Shown one piece after another: positions 30,297 through 39,492 of a DNA stretch of 64,000 nt; position 1 is the stretch's first letter; each line of letters begins with the position of its first letter. Position numbers and translations under genes: made by a program. The DNA comes from Thermoanaerobaculia bacterium (GTDB lineage: Bacteria > Acidobacteriota > Thermoanaerobaculia > Multivoradales > UBA5704): positions 7,758-71,757 of the forward strand of contig DASXXC010000164.1 in assembly GCA_036503335.1 (NCBI GenBank). The letters run 5' to 3'. Under the pieces are notes generated by a model. It was given only the letters and a program-made list of their open reading frames with translations. It was not told the origin of the DNA and made no database searches.

Positions 30297-30695
30297 ATGG
30301 CGGCCAAAGGTCAATCGTATGCAGAGAAGCTCAGCCGTTGGGAAGTTCTGATCACCAATGCGAAGCCGGCTCTTCCGGACATGCCTCACCTCACCGAGGA
30401 CGTGACGGCGCTCGATCAGAAGCTTGGACAGGTGCGGACCCTCCAGAGCCAACTGGAAGACCTGCGCTCCCAGGCGAGGACGATCCGTCAGGCGATCCAG
30501 GTCGCGGCCCGGGACGGTGAGAAGGTCCGCACCCGGGTGGGGGCCAGCCTGAAGGGGAAGTACGGCTTCGAGAACGAAGCGCTGGTGAAGTATGGCTTCA
30601 AGCCCCGTCCGCAGGTGGTCCGCCGTCGCAAGACCACGGAGGAGCCGCCGCCGGCCGGCCAGCCGGAGACCAAGCCGCCGGGCGGCGCGAAGTAG
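30297..30695 (+). CDS. Hypothetical protein (132 aa): predicted helical/coiled-coil, with a basic Pro-rich tail
   Basis: ATG 30297 lies 6 nt after AAGGAGA. No family is recognised. It is followed by a clean intrinsic terminator. Confidence 0.5.
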   Translation: MAAKGQSYAEKLSRWEVLITNAKPALPDMPHLTEDVTALDQKLGQVRTLQSQLEDLRSQARTIRQAIQVAARDGEKVRTRVGASLKGKYGFENEALVKYGFKPRPQVVRRRKTTEEPPPAGQPETKPPGGAK

Positions 30696-30724
30696 GGTCG
30701 CCGCTCGACGGGCTCATGCAGGTC

Positions 30725-30754
30725 CCGGGGGGCCGGAAGCCCCCCGGTGTTTGT
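30725..30754 (+). terminator. Rho-independent terminator candidate
   Basis: Stem CCGGGGGGC (30725-30733) pairs with GCCCCCCGG (30739-30747) across loop CGGAA, followed by TGTTTGT. Confidence 0.55.
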
Positions 30755-30844
30755 CGTTCACCAACAGTCTTGATAATGACCTTGGCGATCGAATTCTGTG
30801 TTGCTGAAAAGGCGATTGTGTCTTCGTGATCTCCAAAGGAATCA

Positions 30845-30873
30845 TTGACGGATCTTGGAGGGTAGCTTAGAAT
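30845..30873 (+). promoter_or_regulatory. Sigma70-type promoter candidate for the PLD-like gene
   Basis: TTGACG (30845-30850), a 17-nt spacer, then TAGAAT (30868-30873). This would give a leader of about 120 nt before ATG 31001. Confidence 0.4.
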
Positions 30874-31000
30874 CGAAGCATCAACCTATAAGCGACAATT
30901 GACCCATGAGCGAGCTGACGGATACCCGCACCTTTGCTCGATACTGCCTTCACTTGCAGAGTGTGCTCGGCGTTGCGCGCCAACTCGACGGAGGCCAGCC

Positions 31001-32740
31001 ATGTCTGGTGAATTTGAGGTCAGCGGAACCAGTAACGAAGCGCTCTTCACGCTCAAGCTGCACCGTGGCGAGGGCATGTGCCTCCTCGCCATGAACTGGA
31101 AAGAGGGAACCCCGCCGAAGGATTTCGTCGGTTTTGCCATCGAGTACAAAGAGCCGAACGGCATCAAGTTTTTTGCCCTGAAAAATCGCTTGTGCTTTCC
31201 CGGGAGTGATGGCGGAGTCAATCCCAACCGGCTCTCCACCCGCCTTTCGCCGATCCAGAAGTTCCGCTGGGTGCATTTCCCGCGCAACGCGGAGCTTCCT
31301 GGAGAGTTCGTCTACCAGGTCACGCCGGTGTTCATGAACGACGCCGAGGAGCTGAGCTACGGCGAGCCCCAGACGGCTGCCATCGAGCTCCGGCGCGAGA
31401 CCTATCCCGGCCAGCTCAACGTCACCTTCACGCGTGGCTTCGTCTCGTCTCAGGCGTTCGTGGACAACTACGGCGGCGACGACGCGATCAAGACGCTCCT
31501 CCCGCCCAGCGCGGATGCCGGTTTGGATTTCGTGCCCACGCACCCCAAGGCTGAGGAGGCCCTGGCGTGGATGGGCTTCGAGGCGCGCAGCGCGATCCTG
31601 GAAGTCCTCGATCAGGCCATCGCCGATGAACAGGCCGAGGTCCGCGCGGTAGTCTACGACCTGAACGAGCCCGGCATCGTCTCGCGTCTGGAAAAGCTCG
31701 GCAAGCGGCTGAAGATCCTCATCGACGATGAGGGGGACCACGGGGAGGCGACGTCCGCGGAGACGGCGGCCGCGAAGCGGCTGGCCTTGTCCGCCGGAGC
31801 GGACCAAGTCAAGCGGCAGCACCTGGGCAGCCTCCAGCACAACAAGACGGTCGTGGTCGACGGCCCGCAGGTGCAGGCCGCCGTGTGCGGCTCCACCAAC
31901 CACTCCTGGCGCGGCTTCTTCGTGCAGAACAACAACGCCATCATTCTGCGGACCTCAAGCGCGGTCAAGATCTTCCGGCAGGCGTTCGAGGACTACTGGG
32001 CGAACGACAACAACGTCGCCGACTATGCCAAGACCGGCTCCGCGGCCTGGAACGATCTCAAATTGGACGGCATCGACGCCCAGATCGGATTCTCGCCGCG
32101 GTCGAAGAAGAACGCAGTGCTGAAGGCCGTCGCCGACGACATCGCGACCACCGAGTCCAGCCTCTTCTTCTCGCTCGCCTTCCTCTACCAGACGCCGGGG
32201 GCGATCCGGAACGCCATCAAGAAGATCAAAGAGGACGACACCGTCTTCTCCTATGGCATCTCGGATCACGCGGTCAAGGACATCAACGGCCAGACGGCCG
32301 AGGGCCTTGACCTGCAGAAACCCGACGGCAAGGTCACCTTGGTGGAGCCCGCAGCCCTGACAGGGAAGGTCCCCGAGCCGTTCAAGTCCGAGCCCACCGG
32401 CGGCGGCGGCACCCGGTTGCACCATAAATTCGTGGTCATCGACTTCGACAAGCCGACCGCGCGCGTCTACATGGGCTCCTACAACTTCTCATCGGCCGCG
32501 GACATTCAGAACGGAGAGAACCTGCTGCTCCTCCGCGACCGCCGGATCGCGGTCTCCTACGTCGTCGAGGCGATCCGCATCTTCGATCACTACGAATTCC
32601 GGGTCGCCCAGCAGGAGGCGGCGAAAGCGAAGAAGACGCTCCAACTGGCCAAGCCTCCGCGCAAGCCCGGCGAGAAGCCCTGGTGGGACGAGGACTACAC
32701 GAACGCCCGGAAGATCCGCGATCGCGAGCTCTTCGCCTGA
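31001..32740 (+). CDS. Phospholipase D-like (two HKD motifs) protein with an N-terminal ~150-aa beta-rich domain; soluble
   Basis: ATG 31001 lies 6 nt after GGAGG. HKD1 is LQHNKTVVVD..GSTNHS (31838-31900). HKD2 is LHHKFVVIDF..GSYNFS (32420-32485). No TM segment or signal peptide is present. Confidence 0.85.
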   Translation: MSGEFEVSGTSNEALFTLKLHRGEGMCLLAMNWKEGTPPKDFVGFAIEYKEPNGIKFFALKNRLCFPGSDGGVNPNRLSTRLSPIQKFRWVHFPRNAELPGEFVYQVTPVFMNDAEELSYGEPQTAAIELRRETYPGQLNVTFTRGFVSSQAFVDNYGGDDAIKTLLPPSADAGLDFVPTHPKAEEALAWMGFEARSAILEVLDQAIADEQAEVRAVVYDLNEPGIVSRLEKLGKRLKILIDDEGDHGEATSAETAAAKRLALSAGADQVKRQHLGSLQHNKTVVVDGPQVQAAVCGSTNHSWRGFFVQNNNAIILRTSSAVKIFRQAFEDYWANDNNVADYAKTGSAAWNDLKLDGIDAQIGFSPRSKKNAVLKAVADDIATTESSLFFSLAFLYQTPGAIRNAIKKIKEDDTVFSYGISDHAVKDINGQTAEGLDLQKPDGKVTLVEPAALTGKVPEPFKSEPTGGGGTRLHHKFVVIDFDKPTARVYMGSYNFSSAADIQNGENLLLLRDRRIAVSYVVEAIRIFDHYEFRVAQQEAAKAKKTLQLAKPPRKPGEKPWWDEDYTNARKIRDRELFA

Positions 32741-32803
32741 ACGACGGACGACTTCAACACGGGGAGTGGCGGAGGGTGCTCGCTGCTTTTCGGCGGAGGC
32801 TCG

Positions 32804-34402
32804 CTATGCGCTCCGAGCGCGACCTTCGCCCCCGCCCGCGTACCGGGCCAGCTTCCGGAACAGCACGTCCGGATTGATCGGCTTGCCCACGAACTCCGTG
32901 AACCCGGCGGCGTCGAGCTCGTGCTGGTGCCCCATGCGGGTGGAGGCCGAGATGGCGAAGACCGGCAGCCGCGCGAGCCTCTCGTCCGGAAGAGAGCGGA
33001 TCTGGCGGGTCGCGGCGTACCCGTCGAGCTCCGGCATCCGCAGGTCCATCAGGACGAGATCGTAATCCCCGGTCCGGACGCTCTCGACCGCCTGGTGGCC
33101 GGTCGTCACCACGTCGTGCTCAACGCCCCACCTCCGCAGCAGCCCGGTGAGGACGAATACGTTCACCTCGTTGTCGTCCGCCACCAGGACCCGCAGGCCC
33201 TTCAGCGTCTGCGGAGCGGTCTCCTCCAGCGTGGTCTCGGCCACGGTGGGCTCGGCCGTCTTCAGGCGCAGGCGGAAGGAGAACGCCGTCCCCCTCCCGA
33301 GCTCGCTCTCGACCTCCAGACGGCTGCCGTGGAGCTCGACCAGACGCTTGCTGATCGAGAGGCCCAGGCCCGTGCCGCCGTACTTCATGCCGATGTCGTA
33401 GCTCGCCTGCGTGTAGTCCTCGAAGATGTGCGCCAGCCGCTCCGGAGCGATGCCTATGCCGGTGTCCGCCACCCGGAGCTCGAACGAGACGGCGTCCGCT
33501 TCCAGCTCCAGGACCTGGAGCTCCACCGTCACCGCGCCCTGCGACGTGAACTTGAGGGCGTTCCCCAGCAGGTTCGTGAGCACCTGTCCGATCTTGACGG
33601 GGTCTCCCAGCAGGGCGTCCGGCAGGCGCTCGTCGATGCGCGTCTCCAGGGCCAGGCCCTTCTCCTCGGCCTTCCCATGGAGGCCGTGAGCCACCTGGTG
33701 GACCAGCTGCCGCAGGTCGAACGTCCTCTCCTCCAGGGAGATGTTGCCCGACTTGATCTTGCTGAAGTCGAGGACCTCGTTGACCAGGTGCAGCAGGTTC
33801 TCCGACGAGGAGCGGAGGATGCGGACGTACTTCTCCTGCTTCGGGGAGAGCTCCGAGGCGCCGAGCAGGTGCGCGACCCCCATGATGGCGTTGAGCGGCG
33901 TGCGGATCTCATGGCTGATCATGGAGATGAAGTCCGCCTTGGCCTTGTCCGCGCGCTCGGCCCTCTCCCGCTCGCGCCGGAGCTCGCGCTCGTACTCGCT
34001 GCGGTCAGCGGCGTTGAAGACCGTGGTGCGGGTCAGCAGCGGAGCTCCCGAGCCGTCCTTGCGGAGCACCGAGTGGACGAGCACCGGCAGGCGGCCCCCG
34101 TCCGCGCGGGAGATCTCCAGCGAGATCTCGCGCACCTCCCCCTGCATACGCAGGAGCGGGGCGAAGTGCGTCTCGTGGAAGATCCTGCCGCCAGGGGTGA
34201 GCAGGTCCTGAAAGCGCCGGCGGCCGATCAGGTCCTCGCGCCGGTAGCCCGTCCAGTCGAGGAAGGTCTGGTTGACCTTGACCAGCAGCCCGTCCGGAAG
34301 CGAGGAAATGTAACCGCAGGGGGCGTTCTCGTAGAGGTCCTCGGCGCTCTCCTCGAGCTCCGGAGATGCCGGCGGATCGATCCTCTGCTCGGAATCCGGC
34401 AA
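32804..34402 (-). CDS. Hybrid sensor histidine kinase / response regulator with an N-terminal PAS domain
   Basis: PAS (NAPCGYISSLPDG...), HisKA (FISMISHEIRTPLNAI), HATPase (GTGLGLSI) and REC (VLVADDNEVN...DLVLMDLRMPELDG) are all present. The only available start is TTG 34402, 1 nt after the upstream stop. Confidence 0.85.
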   Translation of the reverse strand: MPDSEQRIDPPASPELEESAEDLYENAPCGYISSLPDGLLVKVNQTFLDWTGYRREDLIGRRRFQDLLTPGGRIFHETHFAPLLRMQGEVREISLEISRADGGRLPVLVHSVLRKDGSGAPLLTRTTVFNAADRSEYERELRRERERAERADKAKADFISMISHEIRTPLNAIMGVAHLLGASELSPKQEKYVRILRSSSENLLHLVNEVLDFSKIKSGNISLEERTFDLRQLVHQVAHGLHGKAEEKGLALETRIDERLPDALLGDPVKIGQVLTNLLGNALKFTSQGAVTVELQVLELEADAVSFELRVADTGIGIAPERLAHIFEDYTQASYDIGMKYGGTGLGLSISKRLVELHGSRLEVESELGRGTAFSFRLRLKTAEPTVAETTLEETAPQTLKGLRVLVADDNEVNVFVLTGLLRRWGVEHDVVTTGHQAVESVRTGDYDLVLMDLRMPELDGYAATRQIRSLPDERLARLPVFAISASTRMGHQHELDAAGFTEFVGKPINPDVLFRKLARYAGGGEGRARSA

Positions 34403-34403
34403 T

Positions 34404-35204
34404 TCAAGCGGCTTTCAGGAACGCCTGGATGGCGGCGATGGTTTCCTCGGGAGCGCTCAGGTTGGGGCAGTGGCCGGTGGCCTTCATCAGCACCAGCGTG
34501 CTGCCGGGGATCTGGCGGTGCACGTACTCGCCCACGTGCTGGGGGGCGATCACGTCCTCGGAGCACTGGAGGACGAGCGCGCGGGCCGTCACCCTCGGCA
34601 GGTCGGCGCGGTTGTCGGAGGAGAAGGTGACGCGCGCGAAGTGCCTGGCGATCTCGGGGTTGGTGCGGCAGAAGCTGTTGGTCAGCTCCGAGCCCAGCTC
34701 CGGACGGTCGGAGTTGCCCATGATCACGGGCGCCATCGCGCTCGACCAGCCGAGATAGTTGCTGTCGAGGGATTCGAGGAGGCCGTCGATGTCCTCCTGG
34801 CCGAACCCGCCGACATAATCCCCGTCATTGATGTAGCGAGGGGAGGGCCCGACCAGGACCAGGCTCTCGAAGACGCCCGGCTCCTCCACGGCCGCGAGCA
34901 CGCCGATCATCGCGCTCACCGAGTGGCCCACGAAGACCGCGTCCTTAGCCCCGAGCTCGCGGCAGATCTCGAGGACATCCCGCGCGTAGCCCTGGAGGGA
35001 GTCGTACCGGCTCGGGTGGTAGGCGGATAGGTCCGACCCGCCCGCGCCGACGTGGTCGAAGAGGACGACCCGGTAGTCGTCCGCGAAGGCGGGGGCCACG
35101 AACCGCCACATGTTCTGGTCGCACCCGAAGCCATGGGCGAAGACGATGGCCTGGCGGTCCTCGGGACCCGAGATCTTGACGTTGTTTCTCTGGAGAATAT
35201 TCAT
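34404..35204 (-). CDS. RsbQ / KAI2 / D14-like alpha/beta-fold hydrolase
   Basis: FAHGFGCDQNMW, the nucleophile elbow VGHSVSAM and the C-terminal ATGHCPNLSAPEE closely recall B. subtilis RsbQ and plant D14/KAI2. Confidence 0.85.
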   Translation of the reverse strand: MNILQRNNVKISGPEDRQAIVFAHGFGCDQNMWRFVAPAFADDYRVVLFDHVGAGGSDLSAYHPSRYDSLQGYARDVLEICRELGAKDAVFVGHSVSAMIGVLAAVEEPGVFESLVLVGPSPRYINDGDYVGGFGQEDIDGLLESLDSNYLGWSSAMAPVIMGNSDRPELGSELTNSFCRTNPEIARHFARVTFSSDNRADLPRVTARALVLQCSEDVIAPQHVGEYVHRQIPGSTLVLMKATGHCPNLSAPEETIAAIQAFLKAA

Positions 35205-35253
35205 GCGGGCTCGAATCTTACCACCTGACCCGGGGCGTCCCGGGCCGGCGGCC

Positions 35254-36012
35254 TCAACCCCCCGCCACCTTGCTCAACGCGAAGGCGATCAGGAAGCCGG
35301 CGACGGTGATCAGGCCGGCGTAGTCGTGGGTCTCCTGGAAGGCCTCGGGGATCATGGTGTCGACCAGCATGGAGAGGATCGCTCCCGCGGCCAGCGCCGT
35401 GGTGGCGGCGATCACCCCGGGCGAGAAATTGCGGAAGACGGCGAAGCCGAGCAGGGAGGCGATCCCGGAGACCACCGCGATCACCGTCCAGACGCCGAAG
35501 ACGTAGCGCACCGGGCGGCCCGCCTTCTTCATCCCGGCCGAGCTCGAGAGCCCCTCGGGGATGTTGGAGAGGAAGATCGCCACCACCGTCACCCAGCTCA
35601 CCACGCCGCCGTGGATCATGCTGACCCCGATGACGATCGATTCCGGGATGCCGTCCAGGAGCGCTCCGACCGCGATGGCGAGGCCGCTCCCCGGCTGCTC
35701 GTCCTCGGACGGCTGCTGGTCCCCCGAGCGCTTGCGGTGTCTCGCCCCCCGGTGATTGAGGTAGATGTTCGCCGCCGTGTAGATCGCCGCGCCGGCCAGG
35801 AACCCCATCGCGGCCGAGGCGAAGCCGCCACGCCGGAAGGCCTCGTCCATCAGCTCGAAGGAGAGCGCCGAGATCAGCACTCCGCTGCCGAACGCCGTCA
35901 CCCCGGCGGTCCAACGTTGAGGGATGTGAGAGAAGTAGCCGCCCGCCGCCCCCAGCAACAGCGCCGACCCCGCCAGCAATCCCCAGAAACCCGCCCAGAA
36001 CCAGAGAGGCAA
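35254..36012 (-). CDS. ZIP-family metal (Zn/Fe) transporter
   Basis: Multi-TM protein with a central His/Asp/Glu-rich loop and LLDGIPESIVIG / FLSNIPEGLS motifs, as in ZupT-like proteins. Confidence 0.85.
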   Translation of the reverse strand: MPLWFWAGFWGLLAGSALLLGAAGGYFSHIPQRWTAGVTAFGSGVLISALSFELMDEAFRRGGFASAAMGFLAGAAIYTAANIYLNHRGARHRKRSGDQQPSEDEQPGSGLAIAVGALLDGIPESIVIGVSMIHGGVVSWVTVVAIFLSNIPEGLSSSAGMKKAGRPVRYVFGVWTVIAVVSGIASLLGFAVFRNFSPGVIAATTALAAGAILSMLVDTMIPEAFQETHDYAGLITVAGFLIAFALSKVAGG

Positions 36013-36076
36013 AACTCAGTCCTCCTCAAGAAAGCGTTATTGCAAGATTCTGACGACCTTTCCAGCGGACCTGAGG

Positions 36077-36673
36077 CTATCTGGAGCCGCCGGTGCCTCC
36101 GGCGGCCGGCGGGGCGGAGCCTTTCGCTCCAGCGGCGCGCACGCGCTGGGCCAGCTTGGAGCCGTTCGCGACCGTCTGGTATTCGACGGTCACCGCCTTG
36201 CCCGGAGCGAGAGACTTGACCTCCACCTTGGTCGACGGCGACAGGAACAGGTCGACGTCGCCCGTGCCGGTCCGCAAGACCAGGGCCGATCGGGTCGACG
36301 CCACGATCTTGCCTGTCAGGGACTGCGCCGCCTGGGCCGCCGCGGGCTGGTCCTTCTCCAGAGGGAGCACCCGCCGCGCGATGATGAACTTGCCGATCTT
36401 GCGGTAGTAATCCACCGTGACCTCGGCGCCTTTCTGGATCTCCACCTGGCGCTGGGTCCGCGCGTTGACCGCGACCTGCTGGGTCTTGCCGTCCGGCGTC
36501 CTCACGTCCATCCGGTCGCCGTTCCAGAAGACCACCGTCCCCGAGATATGGGGGCCCGGGAAGGCTTTCACCGGCTGCTGAGCCTGTCCCGGGCTCTGGG
36601 CCAGGGCGGGAATGGCGAGCAGCGCCGCGGCGGCCAGGAGCGCCGCGCGCGAGAGATGTCTCCAATCGATCAT
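36077..36673 (-). CDS. Secreted hypothetical protein with two similar beta-rich halves
   Basis: Signal peptide LLAAAALLAIPALAQ. No family is recognised with confidence. Confidence 0.55.
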   Translation of the reverse strand: MIDWRHLSRAALLAAAALLAIPALAQSPGQAQQPVKAFPGPHISGTVVFWNGDRMDVRTPDGKTQQVAVNARTQRQVEIQKGAEVTVDYYRKIGKFIIARRVLPLEKDQPAAAQAAQSLTGKIVASTRSALVLRTGTGDVDLFLSPSTKVEVKSLAPGKAVTVEYQTVANGSKLAQRVRAAGAKGSAPPAAGGTGGSR

Positions 36674-36753
36674 ATTTAGAAAACCTCCTTCCGATCAATG
36701 GGAAATAAATGCAAGAAAAGTACCGGAGCAGAGCGGAAGACGCGCCGCCTTGC

Positions 36754-37167
36754 CTACAAGGAAGCCCGCCGCACGGCCGCCATCACCTCCTCCCGCGCCA
36801 TCCCCGCGATCGCCACCGAGATCGCCGCCGACGTCAGGCAGAGCGTACAGCCGGCCCGCAGCCAGAAGGCCTGGACGGCCGCCAGCAGCAGGCCGAAGAG
36901 CGCCATCGCCGCCACGGCCACACCGAAGAAAAGAACGGTTTTCGGTGTAAGACCGGTGACGATCTCGACGAGATAGCCCGCGGCGCCCAGCGAGGCGTCG
37001 GGGACGGGGAGCAGGCGGGAGATGGGGGAGTGGAGCACCCTCCGGCTACCGTCGCCGAAGAAGGGCTCCCAGACGGTGGGCACGATCCCCAGTTGATAGA
37101 ACGTGAGGTAGACCGCGATGGCGAGGCCCGCCAGGGCGAGCCCCGCGATCAGGAGGCGTCTGGCCAT
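36754..37167 (-). CDS. Vitamin K epoxide reductase (VKOR)-family membrane protein
   Basis: 137 aa with four predicted TM helices and a CTLC redox motif in the last helix. Confidence 0.6.
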   Translation of the reverse strand: MARRLLIAGLALAGLAIAVYLTFYQLGIVPTVWEPFFGDGSRRVLHSPISRLLPVPDASLGAAGYLVEIVTGLTPKTVLFFGVAVAAMALFGLLLAAVQAFWLRAGCTLCLTSAAISVAIAGMAREEVMAAVRRASL

Positions 37168-37191
37168 CTCATCACTCTCCTTCCGGACATC

Positions 37192-39492
37192 CTAGGGCTC
37201 CGCCTCTCCCAGGGCGATCCGGGCCGCTCTCGCGAGCCGGCCCGGCGCGTGGTCGAGGCCCCAGTGGGCCAGCCGGTCCGCCCAGCTCTGGCGGCCGGTC
37301 TCAACGTCCTCGGGCGGCGGCACCTCGACCACCAGGAGCCGCCCCTCGCGCTCGATCACCTCGTGCCCGGTCGTGCCGTCGCTCGCGCGCTCGAAGCGGA
37401 TCGATACGGTGGCATTGCCCACCCGGACCTGGCGCAGGGTGACCGTTTCGAGCCACGATGGCAGGCGAGGGCGGACCAGGGCCAGCGTCCTTGCGGGAGC
37501 GAATGGATAGAGCCCCAGCATCGTTTGGACGAGCAGGACGACCGCGCTGGCGCTCCAGGCCTGAGGGCTGTTGGACCGGGGATAGATCGTCGGCACGGGG
37601 GTCTCGTCGCGGCCGTGCCCTCCCAGGGCCTCGGGCAGACGGAGCTGATGGAAGCGCCCGGCGGCGTCGAGCAGCCCGGTCGCCAGACGCTCGGCGTGCT
37701 CGTCCAGGCCGTAGCGCTTGCAGCCGAGGAGGAAGGTGGCGTTCTCCACCGGCCAGACGGCGCCCAGGTGATAGGCGAAGGGGTTGTAGGAGGGGTGCCG
37801 ATTCGACAAGGTGCGGACTCCCCAACCCGAAAAGAGGTCGGGAGCGAGCAGGCGATCCGCCACTCTCCGGGCGTGCTCGGGCGGCACCAGGCCCGCCGCG
37901 AGAGCGTGGCCGGGATTCGATCCGATCGATTGGACCTGCCTCTTGTCGCGGTCGAGCGCCATGGCGTAGAAGCCCTCGGACTCCATCCAGAAGGCCTCGT
38001 GCCAGCGCCGCTTGAGCGTCCCGGCCCGGACCAGGAGCTCCGCCGCGCGCTCCTCCTCGCCCAGCGCCACCAGGATCTCGGCCATGCGCTGCAAGGCGAT
38101 ACAGTGGAAGGCCTGCTCCTCGACCGTGCAGAGAGGGCTCTCGACCAGGCTCCCGTCGGGATAGCGGATCGCCTCGTCGGAGTCCTTCCAGCCCTGGTTC
38201 TCGAGGCCCTTGGGCGATCGCTTCACCGACTCGAGGAAACCGTCGCCGTCCGGGTCTCCGAAGGTCCGGGCCCACTCCAGGGCCCGCAGGGCAGCGTCGC
38301 GATACGCGCGGAGGTCGTCATCGTTACCCGTCCAATGCCAGAGCTCCGAGAGAGCGGTCACGAACATGGCGGGTGCGGTCTGGGTGCCGTAGTAGGCCCG
38401 GTGCGGATTGATCTCGAGCTCCGCGAGGGGGCCGCGGCGCATTTCGTGGACCATCTTTCCCGGCTCTTCGTCCCGCCAGGCCGAGTCCTCCCGGGCCTGG
38501 GTGGCCGCGAGTTGGGCGAGGACGCCGCGCAACATCTCGGGGCCCAGCAGGGCCCCTTGCCATGCGGCGGTCAAGCTGTCCCGCCCGAAAAAGCCTGTGT
38601 AGGTGGGAACGCCCGCGTTCGGGACCCAGGCGTCCGGAATCTCCGGTCCCAGGTCCCAGTTGCGTAAGGCGAAGAGATCCTCGGCCGCGCGCTCGAACGC
38701 GGGTCCCACCACCGGATGCGAGGTCTCCAGGCGAGGCCGCCGTCGGCGCCAGTACGCGCGAAGCTCTTCCCGGGGCCCTGCCTCCGCCTCGTCCGAGCTT
38801 TTCGAAGGCTGGCGCCACGCGGCGTCGACGCGTGATTCATAATGGAGGGTCGCCTGCCAGCTTCCACCCGCCGGCAGCTTCAGCGCGAACCGCAGCCGCC
38901 GCTCCTCCCAGGCGGGCGCCGAGCCCGCCTCGACGACGCGGACGCGCAGGCCGCGCCGCAGCTCGCGCTCACCCTTGCGGACCTGGTAGTCGAACGTGGC
39001 GGCGCATTGGGCCTCGTCCCAAGTGATCTCGACCGCGCCCTGCTGCTGACGCTCCCCGGCGACCTCCTTGACGTCCGCGAAATCCGCGTCGAGCTCGAGA
39101 GCCAGATCCGTCTCGACCGGGGCCATGCTCTGATTGCGCACCTCCAACCGCTCGGCCATGCCACGCCCGAGCCAACGGCTCAACGAGACTTCGAGCGCGT
39201 CCTGAGGAAGGCGCGGGCCTTCCGGCTTCCCGCCGGGAAGAGGGACGTAGAGCCAGACGCGCCCGTGATCGCTCTCCAGCGTGCAGGAGGAGACGTACCT
39301 GGGCTCACGGCGATCCACGAGGAGCCGATAGCGGGAGAGGATCCGCGTGTCGAAGTCGTAGAGCCCTTCCAGTCCCTCGCCCGTCACGGTGCCGTCCCGG
39401 CGGGAGACGAGCAGGGTGTAGCCCTGGTGCCACAGCATGTGCGCCGGCCGGAACGGGTCGAGATCGCCGTCGCCGAGAGCGGTAGCGCTCAA
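37192..39492 (-). CDS. Glycogen-debranching-enzyme-like amylo-alpha-1,6-glucosidase family protein (GDE_N_bis + GDE_C)
   Basis: YTLLVSRRDG...GLYDFDTRILS and GVPTYTGFFGRDSLTAAW...GKMVHEMRRG...GWKDS...IALQ are typical. The start is either TTG 39492, overlapping the SDR stop (cTTGA) after GGAGGGGAGG, or ATG 39438. The longer track ORF to 40227 is out-of-frame SDR sequence. Confidence 0.8.
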   Translation of the reverse strand: MSATALGDGDLDPFRPAHMLWHQGYTLLVSRRDGTVTGEGLEGLYDFDTRILSRYRLLVDRREPRYVSSCTLESDHGRVWLYVPLPGGKPEGPRLPQDALEVSLSRWLGRGMAERLEVRNQSMAPVETDLALELDADFADVKEVAGERQQQGAVEITWDEAQCAATFDYQVRKGERELRRGLRVRVVEAGSAPAWEERRLRFALKLPAGGSWQATLHYESRVDAAWRQPSKSSDEAEAGPREELRAYWRRRRPRLETSHPVVGPAFERAAEDLFALRNWDLGPEIPDAWVPNAGVPTYTGFFGRDSLTAAWQGALLGPEMLRGVLAQLAATQAREDSAWRDEEPGKMVHEMRRGPLAELEINPHRAYYGTQTAPAMFVTALSELWHWTGNDDDLRAYRDAALRALEWARTFGDPDGDGFLESVKRSPKGLENQGWKDSDEAIRYPDGSLVESPLCTVEEQAFHCIALQRMAEILVALGEEERAAELLVRAGTLKRRWHEAFWMESEGFYAMALDRDKRQVQSIGSNPGHALAAGLVPPEHARRVADRLLAPDLFSGWGVRTLSNRHPSYNPFAYHLGAVWPVENATFLLGCKRYGLDEHAERLATGLLDAAGRFHQLRLPEALGGHGRDETPVPTIYPRSNSPQAWSASAVVLLVQTMLGLYPFAPARTLALVRPRLPSWLETVTLRQVRVGNATVSIRFERASDGTTGHEVIEREGRLLVVEVPPPEDVETGRQSWADRLAHWGLDHAPGRLARAARIALGEAEP

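Noticed and set aside
36709-38667. 652-aa plus-strand ORF
   Set aside because: It is antisense to the VKOR and GDE-like genes, with no motifs. It is a shadow frame.
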